Assembly (NCBI GenBank): GCA_963699755.1
Contig: CAVOVB010000002.1
Span: 800,001-864,000 of the forward strand
DNA from: an uncultured delta proteobacterium
Lineage (GTDB): Bacteria; Myxococcota_A; Polyangia; Polyangiales; Houyiibacteriaceae
Direction of reading: 5' to 3'
Length of the DNA: 64,000 bases
Of this stretch, positions 49,523-58,491 are shown one piece after another. The notes beneath the pieces were generated by a model that worked only from the letters and a program-made list of their open reading frames with translations, searched no databases and had not been told where the DNA came from. A program made the translations under genes and the position numbers. Position 1 is the stretch's first letter. The number at the start of each line of letters is the position of its first letter.

Positions 49523-50335
49523 ATGATGTTTCCCGCCCCAAGACCCTTGGCCGAGGACTTCGGTCGTACGGAAGTGACCATCGATGGCGCCACCAAACCC
49601 GTTTGGCGAAGTGGCAACGGTCCCGGCGTGGTCATCATGCACGAGGTGCCAGGCATTACGCCTGAGGTGGCGCGGTTCGCCCGGATCGTGCGCGACCGCG
49701 GGTTCACCGTGTTCTTGCCGGAGATGTTTGGGACGGTCGATAAGCCGGTGAGCGGTGGGTACGCGATCGCTTCGATGCTTCACTGCTGCATCTCGCATGA
49801 GTTCCACGTTCTCGCGGCAGGCGGGTCTAGTCCCATTACCGACTGGCTCCGCAAGCTCTGTCATCAAGTGCATGAGGAGCTCGGTGGACCTGGGGTCGGT
49901 GCCCTCGGCATGTGCATGACCGGCAATTTCGCTCTTGCGCTGATGGTTGACCCTTCCGTTATGGCTCCCGTGTTGTCTCAGCCCTCGCTGCCTTTTCCGT
50001 TTGGAAAGAAGCGCAGCCGTGCGATTCACGTTTCACCCGAGCAGCTTGAGGCGATCAAGCGACGCGTGCGCGAAGAGAATGTCAAGGTGCTGGGTCTTCG
50101 GTTCACGGCCGATCGAGTCTGCACCCGCGCTCGTTTCGAGACGCTTCGCCGGGAGCTCGGCGAGGGATTCGAGGCAATCGAGATCGATTCCGGACCAGGC
50201 AATCCCTGGGGAATCAAGCAAATCGCGCACAGCGTCCTCACCGAAGAGCTCGTCGATGACGATGGGCATCCAACGAAGCAGGCGCTCGATCGCGTGCTCG
50301 GATTCTTCGAAGAGCGGCTCAGAGCGTCTGGCTAG
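49523..50335 (+). CDS. Dienelactone hydrolase family protein
   Basis: MHEVPGITP, GMCMTG (Cys nucleophile), LSQPS, AHSVLT. Confidence 0.85.
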   Translation: MMFPAPRPLAEDFGRTEVTIDGATKPVWRSGNGPGVVIMHEVPGITPEVARFARIVRDRGFTVFLPEMFGTVDKPVSGGYAIASMLHCCISHEFHVLAAGGSSPITDWLRKLCHQVHEELGGPGVGALGMCMTGNFALALMVDPSVMAPVLSQPSLPFPFGKKRSRAIHVSPEQLEAIKRRVREENVKVLGLRFTADRVCTRARFETLRRELGEGFEAIEIDSGPGNPWGIKQIAHSVLTEELVDDDGHPTKQALDRVLGFFEERLRASG

Positions 50336-50744
50336 CCAATATCGTCGCGTTGCGATGTGAGAAGATTCGGGACTAGCCCGCATCGTCGTGTCGGGATTGT
50401 GCCCACTGTAAGCCAGGCGTACGGCACGATTCTCGGGGTCTTCGCCTCGGACCGCCTCGACTGCATCGGCCACTTCCCTCACAAGCAAGGGAACGACGAA
50501 GTCCCCGGCTGGGTCCGCTCCGGCGCGAACTTCGATCTGAAACGCTTCGAGCTTCTTTGGGAGCGCGTCGCCAATTTCGTCGCGGCGCAGAGGCAGGCAA
50601 CGGTCACCGAGGAGGCATCGCCTCGTCCCGAGTCTCCCGCGGCTTGAGAGCTAGCTGCTCCACAGCTTGTCCGAAGGCGGTGCCGATCTTTTGATTGGTC
50701 CAATGCGCTTCGCGTGTAGCACGACAATGCCGTTCGCGACGTCG

Positions 50745-51012
50745 GACCGGCGCCCGCTCGCGGGTACGAGCACGCTCTTCTCCGGCCTCAGAGGCACCGG
50801 CAAGACCATGGCCGCCAAGGTGATCGGACGGACGCTCGAATTGGACGTCTATCGAACGAATCTCCCGGAGGTGGTCTCGAAGTGGGTTGGGGAGACCGAG
50901 AAGAACCTCTCGCGAATGTTCGCCCACGCGCAGCATAGCAAGGCGCTCTTGCTCTTTGACGAGGCTGACGCGCTCCTCGGGAAGTGCACATGAGTCTCTG
51001 ACGCGTACGACC
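50745..51012 (+). pseudogene. AAA+ ATPase internal fragment
   Basis: LFSGLRGTGKTMAA...VVSKWVGETEKNL...LLFDEADALLGK, then a stop, then VSDAYD. Confidence 0.8.
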
Positions 51013-51118
51013 CCCTCGAAACGCGCAGACTCACGAAAGAGGCTGAGCATGAATGGCCACGCGGCCCTCCGTACCTGTGCCCATATCGGATCGTCGTTGG
51101 GCTCGAACACCGCCCCCG

Positions 51119-51304
51119 CGCACCAAGAAGCACACCATCTACGTCATCAACACCACCGATAACGGCAAGAGCTACTGGAACCGCGCGGGGGTCGCCTTCG
51201 GGAACAGGGACGGGAGCTTCACGTTCAAGCTCGACATCTTTCCTCAGACGAAGTTCCAGCTTCGCGAAGAACAGCCCGCTACGAAAGCGGAGGCCGCCGA
51301 GTAG
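51119..51304 (+). pseudogene. DUF736-like copy 3 with the original start and leader lost
   Basis: GAACACCATGAGC replaced by GAACACCGCCCCCGCGC; rest of ORF intact; in frame with ATG 51053. Confidence 0.7.
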
Positions 51305-51561
51305 CGCCCTGCCCGCGGCAACCAGGGCGCCCTGCCCTGGTTGCTTGCTCACACGCATAGAAACCGAGGCGCACGTCCTGCGCGGTTTTCGGCCGACCGG
51401 TGAAAAGTCCAATCGTTCTCAGGAGCCGTCTCGTCGATGGAGGCGCAACCTTTGCGTACGCGAAATAGCTAAAGAATTACGTATAGCCACAGGTCCTACG
51501 GCGACCCAAGTCGCATTGTGTGACCGGCCCGAGCCGGCCGGGTGCAAGCGGGGAGGTTGTG

Positions 51562-54198
51562 ATGCGCTACTTATTCGGATTCCTATGTGTCTGCGCGCTC
51601 GGAGTGATGCCCTTGGCTGGGTGTACTGAGAGCAAACAAGAGCCGGACCTCGAGTGGCCGCCGAACGCGACGGTGTACTTCGATCAGTACGGCATCCTGA
51701 GCGCCGACTGCGCGACCGACGAAGACTGCGCGATGGTGATCGGCTACTACCACGCCGCGGATCGGTTCGTGCAGATGGATTTCCGGCGGCGATTTGCCAC
51801 GGGTCGGCTGACCGACATCATGGACAAGGCCGTCGCGCAGGTTTTCGGCGTCGCCGAGATTGCCGCCCAGAGCCGTGCTCTCTTTTCGACGCGTGATGGG
51901 CAGCCGGTAGAGGAGTTTGTCCTCTCGCGAGCATCGGACAAGACCATCGCGATGCTGGAGGCATACAGCGCGGGGGTCAATCAGTGGATTGACGACGTGC
52001 GCGACGGAAACAATGGAGCCGTTTTCCCCCGCGAGTTCGATGCCCCGTTATTCGTCTACGGCCCGGACGACATCCCCGAGTGGACCCCGCAAGACAGCAT
52101 CGCTGCAGTACTGGCCGCCATTGACCGAGAGTCCAACTTGGAGGACTACGAAGCGCTGGCGGGGGCCGCACGCGAGGCGATTCAGGACGACGATCGGTTC
52201 TTCGATCTATGGGCTACCCGTCCGCTCCCATCATCGATTCTTCCTCCGGGCTGGATGCCGGGAGCTTCTCAAGAGTCTTCTGCAAAGGCGCCGCCAATCA
52301 CCAAGCAAGAGCCCCAAAGTAACTCTCTTCATGCGGGTCGAGCGCTTCAGCGTCTCCACGACCGCCTGGCGCAAACGGAAGAGCTCTTCGGATCGATTCT
52401 CGGCACCGGTCTTGAGGGCGGCTCCAACAACTGGGCGATTGCTCCCTCACGGAGTGGGACGGGGAACGCTCTATTCGCTGCGGACGGGCATCTCAGGTTG
52501 AGCCAGCCCACCGAATGGTATTTCGCGCATCTCGATGCAAGAACGCACGGAAGCGGACAGCTCCACGTAGTTGGAGGGACCTCGGCGGCTTTACCATGGG
52601 TCATCTATGGTCAGAACGAGGACATCGCATGGGGATCGACGAGAACCTTTCTTGATATGAGCGATCTCTACATCGAGGAGCTCGCCACGGATGCGGAAGG
52701 CGCTCCAATCGGTGTGCGGTTCGAGAACGAGACGGTGCCGTTCACGCGGGTATCCTTCACTGTGACATTCAATGATGGAAGCACCGAAGAGCACGAGCTC
52801 CTCTTCGTCCCCCACCATGGGCCCGTGCGCGAGATCGACCTGGCCAACGGTGTCGCCGTCACACTTCGTTGGACGGGAAGTGATACCGATACGGACATCG
52901 AGTATCTGGGGGCGTTGAATGCAGCGGAAAGCGTGTTGGAAGCCCGAACCGCACTTGAGAACTCTACGACGCGAGGAGCCAATTTTGTGGTCATCGACAC
53001 CGAGGGCAACATTGGCTGGTTTCCCTACAACCGCGTCCCCAAACGTACCTGGGCAACGGATCTCCTCGGTGAAGCCCATCCCATGCTGCCGCTCGACGGC
53101 CGCTGCGAGACTCCAGAGCGCTGCTACGAATGGACCGAGTACTTCGCTTACGATGACCTTCCGCAAGCCTTGAATCCGAGCGAGGGCTTCATCGCCACGG
53201 CCAACAACGATATGACGGGGCACCTATTCGATGGTGACCCGACCAACGACGGCTATCCACCCTTGCAGACCGTACTCCCTATCCTTGGTGCTCGCCACAC
53301 TCGTATCGTAAGCCTGATCCAAGAGCTCGGCTCAGAGCAGACTGCAGAAACGATGCATCAAATTCAGCATGACACCTATTCGCTGCTCGCCGAGCGCATG
53401 CTGCCAAGCTTCATCGAAATCGCGGAGTCCGACATGACGACGTTGACAGAAGCGGGACAGAAGGTCCTGAACGCCCTCAAGTCGTGGGAATCGCTCACCT
53501 GCCCGACGGGTGTCGATGGCTACTACATGGACTCTCCGCTCACGGACGATTCCCGGGAGCTTCTCGAGTCGTCTGGTTGTGCCGCATTTCACGCCGTCTA
53601 CTACAAGTGCGATCTGGCGCCGAGGAATCAACCCACGTTCTACCGCTGGCTGTACTTCTACTCCGTGTATGATCCGAGCCGACTGCGTAGAGGGGATGTA
53701 TATTGGGATGATCCCGGCACTCCGGAAGAGGAGACGAAGTATCAAGTGATCGAGGAGTGCTTCGACCAGGCAGGGCGCTTGCTCATCGACGACCTCGGCC
53801 TAGGGAACGACGAGACGAAGTGGGTGTGGGGGCGCTTGCATGGGCTTGTTCTGACCTCCGATCTCGATGCCTTTCTTCAACCGCAGTACAACAACCCGCC
53901 TCCCGGCGGCACGCTCTTTGCGAACTCGGGTGGAGCTCTGACCATCAGCCCAACCAATCCTTCGTTAGGCTCATCTGGTTTCGTTCAGCGAAATGGCTCC
54001 GTGCAGCGCCTGATCTGCGAGGCGCTGCCGACAGGTCCGAGCTGCACCGTCGAGGTGCCAGGGGGGCAGTCCGGCCACATCACCTCGGAACACTACGACG
54101 ATCTGCTGTTCAAGTACCTCGATGGTGAGCCGATCGACCTGCCCTTTGACATCGACGAGGCGAAGGCCAACGCGGTGAGGACGGTCACCTTCGAGTAG
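51562..54198 (+). CDS. MRYL-leader penicillin acylase-family (Ntn hydrolase) lipoprotein
   Basis: MRYLFGFLCVCALGVMPLAGC; GYYHAADRFVQMD; GGSNNW autocleavage site; PGGQSG. Confidence 0.92.
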   Translation: MRYLFGFLCVCALGVMPLAGCTESKQEPDLEWPPNATVYFDQYGILSADCATDEDCAMVIGYYHAADRFVQMDFRRRFATGRLTDIMDKAVAQVFGVAEIAAQSRALFSTRDGQPVEEFVLSRASDKTIAMLEAYSAGVNQWIDDVRDGNNGAVFPREFDAPLFVYGPDDIPEWTPQDSIAAVLAAIDRESNLEDYEALAGAAREAIQDDDRFFDLWATRPLPSSILPPGWMPGASQESSAKAPPITKQEPQSNSLHAGRALQRLHDRLAQTEELFGSILGTGLEGGSNNWAIAPSRSGTGNALFAADGHLRLSQPTEWYFAHLDARTHGSGQLHVVGGTSAALPWVIYGQNEDIAWGSTRTFLDMSDLYIEELATDAEGAPIGVRFENETVPFTRVSFTVTFNDGSTEEHELLFVPHHGPVREIDLANGVAVTLRWTGSDTDTDIEYLGALNAAESVLEARTALENSTTRGANFVVIDTEGNIGWFPYNRVPKRTWATDLLGEAHPMLPLDGRCETPERCYEWTEYFAYDDLPQALNPSEGFIATANNDMTGHLFDGDPTNDGYPPLQTVLPILGARHTRIVSLIQELGSEQTAETMHQIQHDTYSLLAERMLPSFIEIAESDMTTLTEAGQKVLNALKSWESLTCPTGVDGYYMDSPLTDDSRELLESSGCAAFHAVYYKCDLAPRNQPTFYRWLYFYSVYDPSRLRRGDVYWDDPGTPEEETKYQVIEECFDQAGRLLIDDLGLGNDETKWVWGRLHGLVLTSDLDAFLQPQYNNPPPGGTLFANSGGALTISPTNPSLGSSGFVQRNGSVQRLICEALPTGPSCTVEVPGGQSGHITSEHYDDLLFKYLDGEPIDLPFDIDEAKANAVRTVTFE

Positions 54199-54211
54199 AA
54201 GGAGGACTGCG

Positions 54212-54280
54212 ATGGAGTCGCATCCAGAGGGCACGATGTGCGACCTCGGATCGTTTGAGCGCCAAACCGACGAGCCCTAG
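54212..54280 (+). other. Choice-of-anchor-Q-like tail remnant, possible 22-aa mini-ORF
   Basis: AGGAGG RBS then MESHPEGTMCDLGSFERQTDEP*. Confidence 0.55.
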
Positions 54281-54390
54281 CGCTGGAGCGTAGCCCACGG
54301 CAACCACGGCACCCTGCCCTGGTTGTCTGCCAGGGCCGAAGAGCCCCTTGACCCTTCTCCCAAGATCTTCGCTCTGGTACGATCGAGCCC

Positions 54391-54600
54391 ATGGATCTGT
54401 CGGACTGGGTCGAAGAAGCGGAATCGATCCTGCGATTGGACGGCTTATGGCCGGAACAGGATGAAGAGCGAGCTCGAGGCGTTCTCGAGGAAGCGGCATT
54501 GCAGGGTCCCGCGGCCGTTACTCAGGCGATCTACGTGCTTCGGCGAGAGCTGAGGGAACGAGGCCGAGGCGTTCGCGATCAAAGCGTCCCCTGCAGATAG
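54391..54600 (+). CDS. Leaderless 'WVEEAES' small protein, copy 2
   Basis: TGGTACGAT 7 nt before ATG. Confidence 0.7.
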   Translation: MDLSDWVEEAESILRLDGLWPEQDEERARGVLEEAALQGPAAVTQAIYVLRRELRERGRGVRDQSVPCR

Positions 54601-54758
54601 TAAATTCAAACGCCCTTTCGGCTTCGTGCGCCAGGCGACATAACGTCTAGTACCGCATCCCGACAGGCTAAGAGAGTTGGTGAAGGGCAAAACGGCAGCT
54701 CTCCGGGGACTTGCGCACCAGCAGGCTAGATTTGCCCAAGTGAAAGTAAATCTCTACA

Positions 54759-55589
54759 TCAGTCACCGGCGAAAGGCGGGTCACCGGGCGCGCGGTACTT
54801 GTCCAAGGGACTGCGCACGGCGTCACTGCCATAGTACCAACCGTTTCCATCGAGCTCTTCGAAGAGAAGGTGCATGGCGGAGCGCGTGCCCTCTTCTGGT
54901 GACTTCATCCCGAGGTCGGCGGGCGACTTGCCAGAGGACTCGGCGTAGGGCCGGGTCAGGTCTGTCTCAATAAACCCGGGCGTACATGCGTTGATGCGCA
55001 GCGAAGGGTGATTCTGCGCAAGGCACATGGTGAGGCTATTGGCGCAAGCCTTGGAGAGTCCATAGGCGTCTGCCTCGTCGCCGGCTTTGACTGCGGCGCT
55101 CATGAGCGCGTCGATGGCGCCCCACTCCACCTTCGGGTCCACAAAGAACCTTTGTTTGTCCTGATCACATTTGGCCACGTACATGGGCCCGGAAGCGGAT
55201 GTGATGTTCACCATGCGCCCCGAGCTTTTGTCGAGCAAAGACAGGAAGGAGTCGCTCACGCGTTTGATGCCGCGCACATTCACATTGAGTACGGTCTCAA
55301 GCGCGTCCGAACCGAGCCCAATGCCCGCGTTGTTGACGATGCCGTAGAGCGACTCCCCATTCACCGCTGCCTTTACTTGCTCCGCCGCTGCCGCCACGGA
55401 GTCGTCGCTTGCCACATCGAGCGCCACCACCTGCACTCGGTCGGAAGCGATGGTCTCACAAGCCTTCTTGCCGCGTTCCGCATCGCGAGACCCCAGAAAA
55501 ACGAAGGTATCATCGTGATTTCTTAAAATGGCCTGCACAATGGCGAGGCCGATTCCTTTGTTTGCTCCGGTTACCAAAATCCTTCGCAT
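54759..55589 (-). CDS. SDR oxidoreductase (carbonyl reductase-like)
   Basis: TGANKGIG, NNAG, YGLSK, PGFIETD; AGGAGG RBS. Confidence 0.92.
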   Translation of the reverse strand: MRRILVTGANKGIGLAIVQAILRNHDDTFVFLGSRDAERGKKACETIASDRVQVVALDVASDDSVAAAAEQVKAAVNGESLYGIVNNAGIGLGSDALETVLNVNVRGIKRVSDSFLSLLDKSSGRMVNITSASGPMYVAKCDQDKQRFFVDPKVEWGAIDALMSAAVKAGDEADAYGLSKACANSLTMCLAQNHPSLRINACTPGFIETDLTRPYAESSGKSPADLGMKSPEEGTRSAMHLLFEELDGNGWYYGSDAVRSPLDKYRAPGDPPFAGD

Positions 55590-55867
55590 ATCATCCTCCT
55601 GGAGTCAGAGGGGTACGAACTCCTCGAGCGAACCGCAAGGCCATGCACAAGATCCGGATCTTATTTCGCAACGGTCTTGCGAGCCGCGTCCAGATACGGG
55701 CGGCACCACGTGCGATGTCGGCGCGTTCGAGCGGCAGTCGGACGACCCCTAGCGCTAGCGCGCAGCGCACGGTCAACCAGGGCGCCCTGCCCTGGTTGTC
55801 TGCCAGGCCCCGTCGAAGAGCTTCTTGGCTCGTCTCCCAAGATCTTCGCTCTGATATGATCGTACTC

Positions 55868-56098
55868 ATGGATCTGGCGGACTGGGTCGAAGAAGCGGAG
55901 TCGCTCCTACGAAGGGACGGCCTACGGCCCGAAGAGGATGAAGAGCGAGCTCGAGGCGTTCTCGAGGAAGCGGCATTGCAGGGCCCCGCGGCCGTCACCC
56001 AGGCGATCTACGCGCTGCGAAGGGAGCTTCGCGACGCAGATCGACGCGTCCGCGGCCAAAGTGCGGCTGCAGGGTGGAAAACATTTCGCTGGCCATAG
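55868..56098 (+). CDS. Leaderless 'WVEEAES' small protein, copy 3
   Basis: TGATATGAT 7 nt before ATG. Confidence 0.7.
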   Translation: MDLADWVEEAESLLRRDGLRPEEDEERARGVLEEAALQGPAAVTQAIYALRRELRDADRRVRGQSAAAGWKTFRWP

Positions 56099-56163
56099 AC
56101 AAGGGGGCATTGCGCGGAGAGGATCTCGAAGATCTTCTCGCCGACGGGATACCGCCTCCACTC

Positions 56164-57312
56164 ATGAACGACGCATTCCATTCCGAGTATCCATCGATCG
56201 AGCACCTCCGGGAAAAGGCCCGAAAGCGCATGCCGGGATTCGCGTTCGACTACCTCGAGAGCGGTTGCAATTCCGACATCAACCTCGCGCGCAACACCGC
56301 GGACATCCGCAAAGTGCAATTGCGCCCGTACTACATCGGCCACTATGCGGGATCGAGTCTTCGGACCGAGCTCTTCGGGGTGAGCTACGAGGCCCCCTTC
56401 GGCATCGCTCCGATCGGTTTGCAGGGGCTGATGTGGCCAAAGGCGTGCGAGATCCTCGCCAAGGCCGCCCATGAGCACAGGATCCCCTTCGTCCTGAGCA
56501 CGGTGGGCACCGCCAGCATCGAGACGGTCGCCGAGCTCACGGAGGGACGCGCCTGGTTCCAGCTCTACCATCCCGCCGAGGACGAGCTGCGCGACAAGCT
56601 TCTCGAACGCGCCGCCGAGGCCGACATGCCGGTTCTCGTCATCCTCGCCGACACCCCGACCTTCGCCTATCGCCCGAGGGAGATCCGAAACGGGCTCTCC
56701 ATCCCGCCCCAGATGAATCTCCGCAACGTCCTCCAGATGATGACCCATCCGACCTGGTCGTTCTCGCAGCTCTTGGCCGGGGCTCCGGAGTTCAAAACGA
56801 TGCTCCCCTACCTTCCGAAGGGCCTGAGCATGAAACACCTCGGCCTCTTCATGAACCAGACGTTTTCCGGCCGACTCAACGAGGACAAGATCAAAGCCAT
56901 CCGCGACAAGTGGAAAGGCAAGCTGGTCGTGAAGGGCATCGTCACGGAAGAGGATGCCGAAAAGGTTCTCGCGCTCGGAGCGGACGGCTTCATTTGTTCC
57001 AACCACGGTGGGCGCCAACTCGACGCCGGGCAATCCACGATCAAGCCGATGACCGAGCTCGCCAAGAAGTACGGGGACCGGACCACGGTGATGATGGACA
57101 GCGGCCTGCGTTCCGGGCCGGACGTGGCCTGCGCGTTGGCAAGCGGCGCGAAATTCACCTTCCTCGGCCGCTCCTTCATGTATGGGGTCGGCGCCCTTGG
57201 AAAAGATGGAGGCTTGCACACCATCACGATGATCAAGCGCCAGCTTCAGCAGGTCATGGAGCAGTTGGGATGCGAACGCGTCGAGGACTTCCCCAAGCAC
57301 CTCATTTCGTGA
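56164..57312 (+). CDS. FMN-dependent alpha-hydroxy acid oxidase/dehydrogenase (LldD-like)
   Basis: AFDYLESG, WFQLY, VVKGI, SNHGGRQLD, DSGLRSG. Confidence 0.92.
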   Translation: MNDAFHSEYPSIEHLREKARKRMPGFAFDYLESGCNSDINLARNTADIRKVQLRPYYIGHYAGSSLRTELFGVSYEAPFGIAPIGLQGLMWPKACEILAKAAHEHRIPFVLSTVGTASIETVAELTEGRAWFQLYHPAEDELRDKLLERAAEADMPVLVILADTPTFAYRPREIRNGLSIPPQMNLRNVLQMMTHPTWSFSQLLAGAPEFKTMLPYLPKGLSMKHLGLFMNQTFSGRLNEDKIKAIRDKWKGKLVVKGIVTEEDAEKVLALGADGFICSNHGGRQLDAGQSTIKPMTELAKKYGDRTTVMMDSGLRSGPDVACALASGAKFTFLGRSFMYGVGALGKDGGLHTITMIKRQLQQVMEQLGCERVEDFPKHLIS

Positions 57313-57398
57313 GCGGATAGGGTTCGGAGGAGGCTGGCGCCTGATTGTCGGCCCTCACGTACAAGGCGCATTGAACCCGGCGCGGGACATGCCCCCCT

Positions 57399-57839
57399 TC
57401 AGAACACGATTGCCACAGCGCTCGTGCCGGACCGGTCAAAGGAACGATTAACCTGCCCCGCCGACACGCCCAGGGCCACGCCGACAATCAGAGCAGCAAC
57501 ACCAAGGGAGACGCCCACTCCGATGGCCACTCGCCGCCTACGCTGCTGCGCCTCCTCACGCTCGAGCTCTTCGACTGTCGGTGGTGCAGTTGGCGTCACC
57601 TCCAGACTGGCAGAATCGACCTCCAGCTGTAGCTCTGGCTGAGGCGCAGACTTGGTGGGGTCCACGAAGGCTTCGGGATGCCAACGCTCGAGGCGCGATC
57701 GGGTCGGCTCAGCCGATTGCACTGGCTTCTCCGCATTGGGCTCGGCCGACTTGCCTTCCGCTTCCGCTTGCGCCCCAACGCTCAGAGGCGAAGCCGTCAG
57801 CCACGCGAGCACGCACATCGATCTGAATAGGTAAAGCAT
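57399..57839 (-). CDS. MRYL-type-leader exported protein with C-terminal TM anchor
   Basis: MLYLFRSMCVLAWLTASPLSVGAQ; WHPEAFVDP; RRRRVAIGVGVS; GGAGG RBS. Confidence 0.75.
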   Translation of the reverse strand: MLYLFRSMCVLAWLTASPLSVGAQAEAEGKSAEPNAEKPVQSAEPTRSRLERWHPEAFVDPTKSAPQPELQLEVDSASLEVTPTAPPTVEELEREEAQQRRRRVAIGVGVSLGVAALIVGVALGVSAGQVNRSFDRSGTSAVAIVF

Positions 57840-57956
57840 CACAATCCCTCCGATTGCGCCCGCCCGTATCGAGTCGGTCACATGAGGCAAGTTGGGTCGC
57901 CGGGCGGCGCCGAGCCATACGTAATTCTTTACTTGCCAAGCGATGGCCCGCGCAGC

Positions 57957-57991
57957 TTTTGCGTTTGGGGCGTGGGCGCGCAACGGGTGCG
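57957..57991 (-). repeat. Box B, inverted copy 4
   Basis: Minus strand CGCACCCGTTGCGCGCCCACGCCCCAAACGCAAAA, followed by AATTACGTAT (57926-57917). Confidence 0.8.
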
Positions 57992-58491
57992 CGGTGCGGA
58001 GCTCGCCATCCTCGTCCAAGGCCGCGTGGAGATCGAGGGGGTGCGTCACATGCCTGGAGGTGAGCTACCCCATACGGTGCCACCGCTACCTGCAATACGC
58101 TTGACCCCGGCGGGAGGGGCACGACGATGTCGGAGCCGCCGTGGCCGTCGTCGAGAGAGGTGAAACGCTCGCCGTCAATAGATAGGGGGAGAGCCAGACT
58201 CGCTGCTTCGGACTCGACGGGTAACGGCGCGCTTCCATGGCTTTGTCCTTTTTGCCGTTTGCGGCGAAAAGGGCATCAGGAACGGCTCACGCTCTCAGTG
58301 GTGCAAGTTGCGTTCCTCCCAGATTCGTATGTCTTTCCATAGCGCGGAGCCGTTGCCGGATGCAGGATGCGCGTTCGCTCGTTGGTGTTGCACAAGTCCT
58401 GCGCGAATCGCGGAGACAAAAAGGATCAAACTAGACTTGTACGGGTGTCGGCTCCTGAGATCGGCTTGCTCCGTTCCCCTAGTCTCGCGGC

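Noticed and set aside
50357..50647. Independent gene
   Set aside because: May be a C-terminal remnant of a hydrolase-like gene, but there is no clear start, RBS or recognisable family.
58105..58250. Seventh CDVGAFE tail (GHDDVGA) and a degenerate H hairpin near 58220
   Set aside because: Similarity is too short and degenerate to support by eye.
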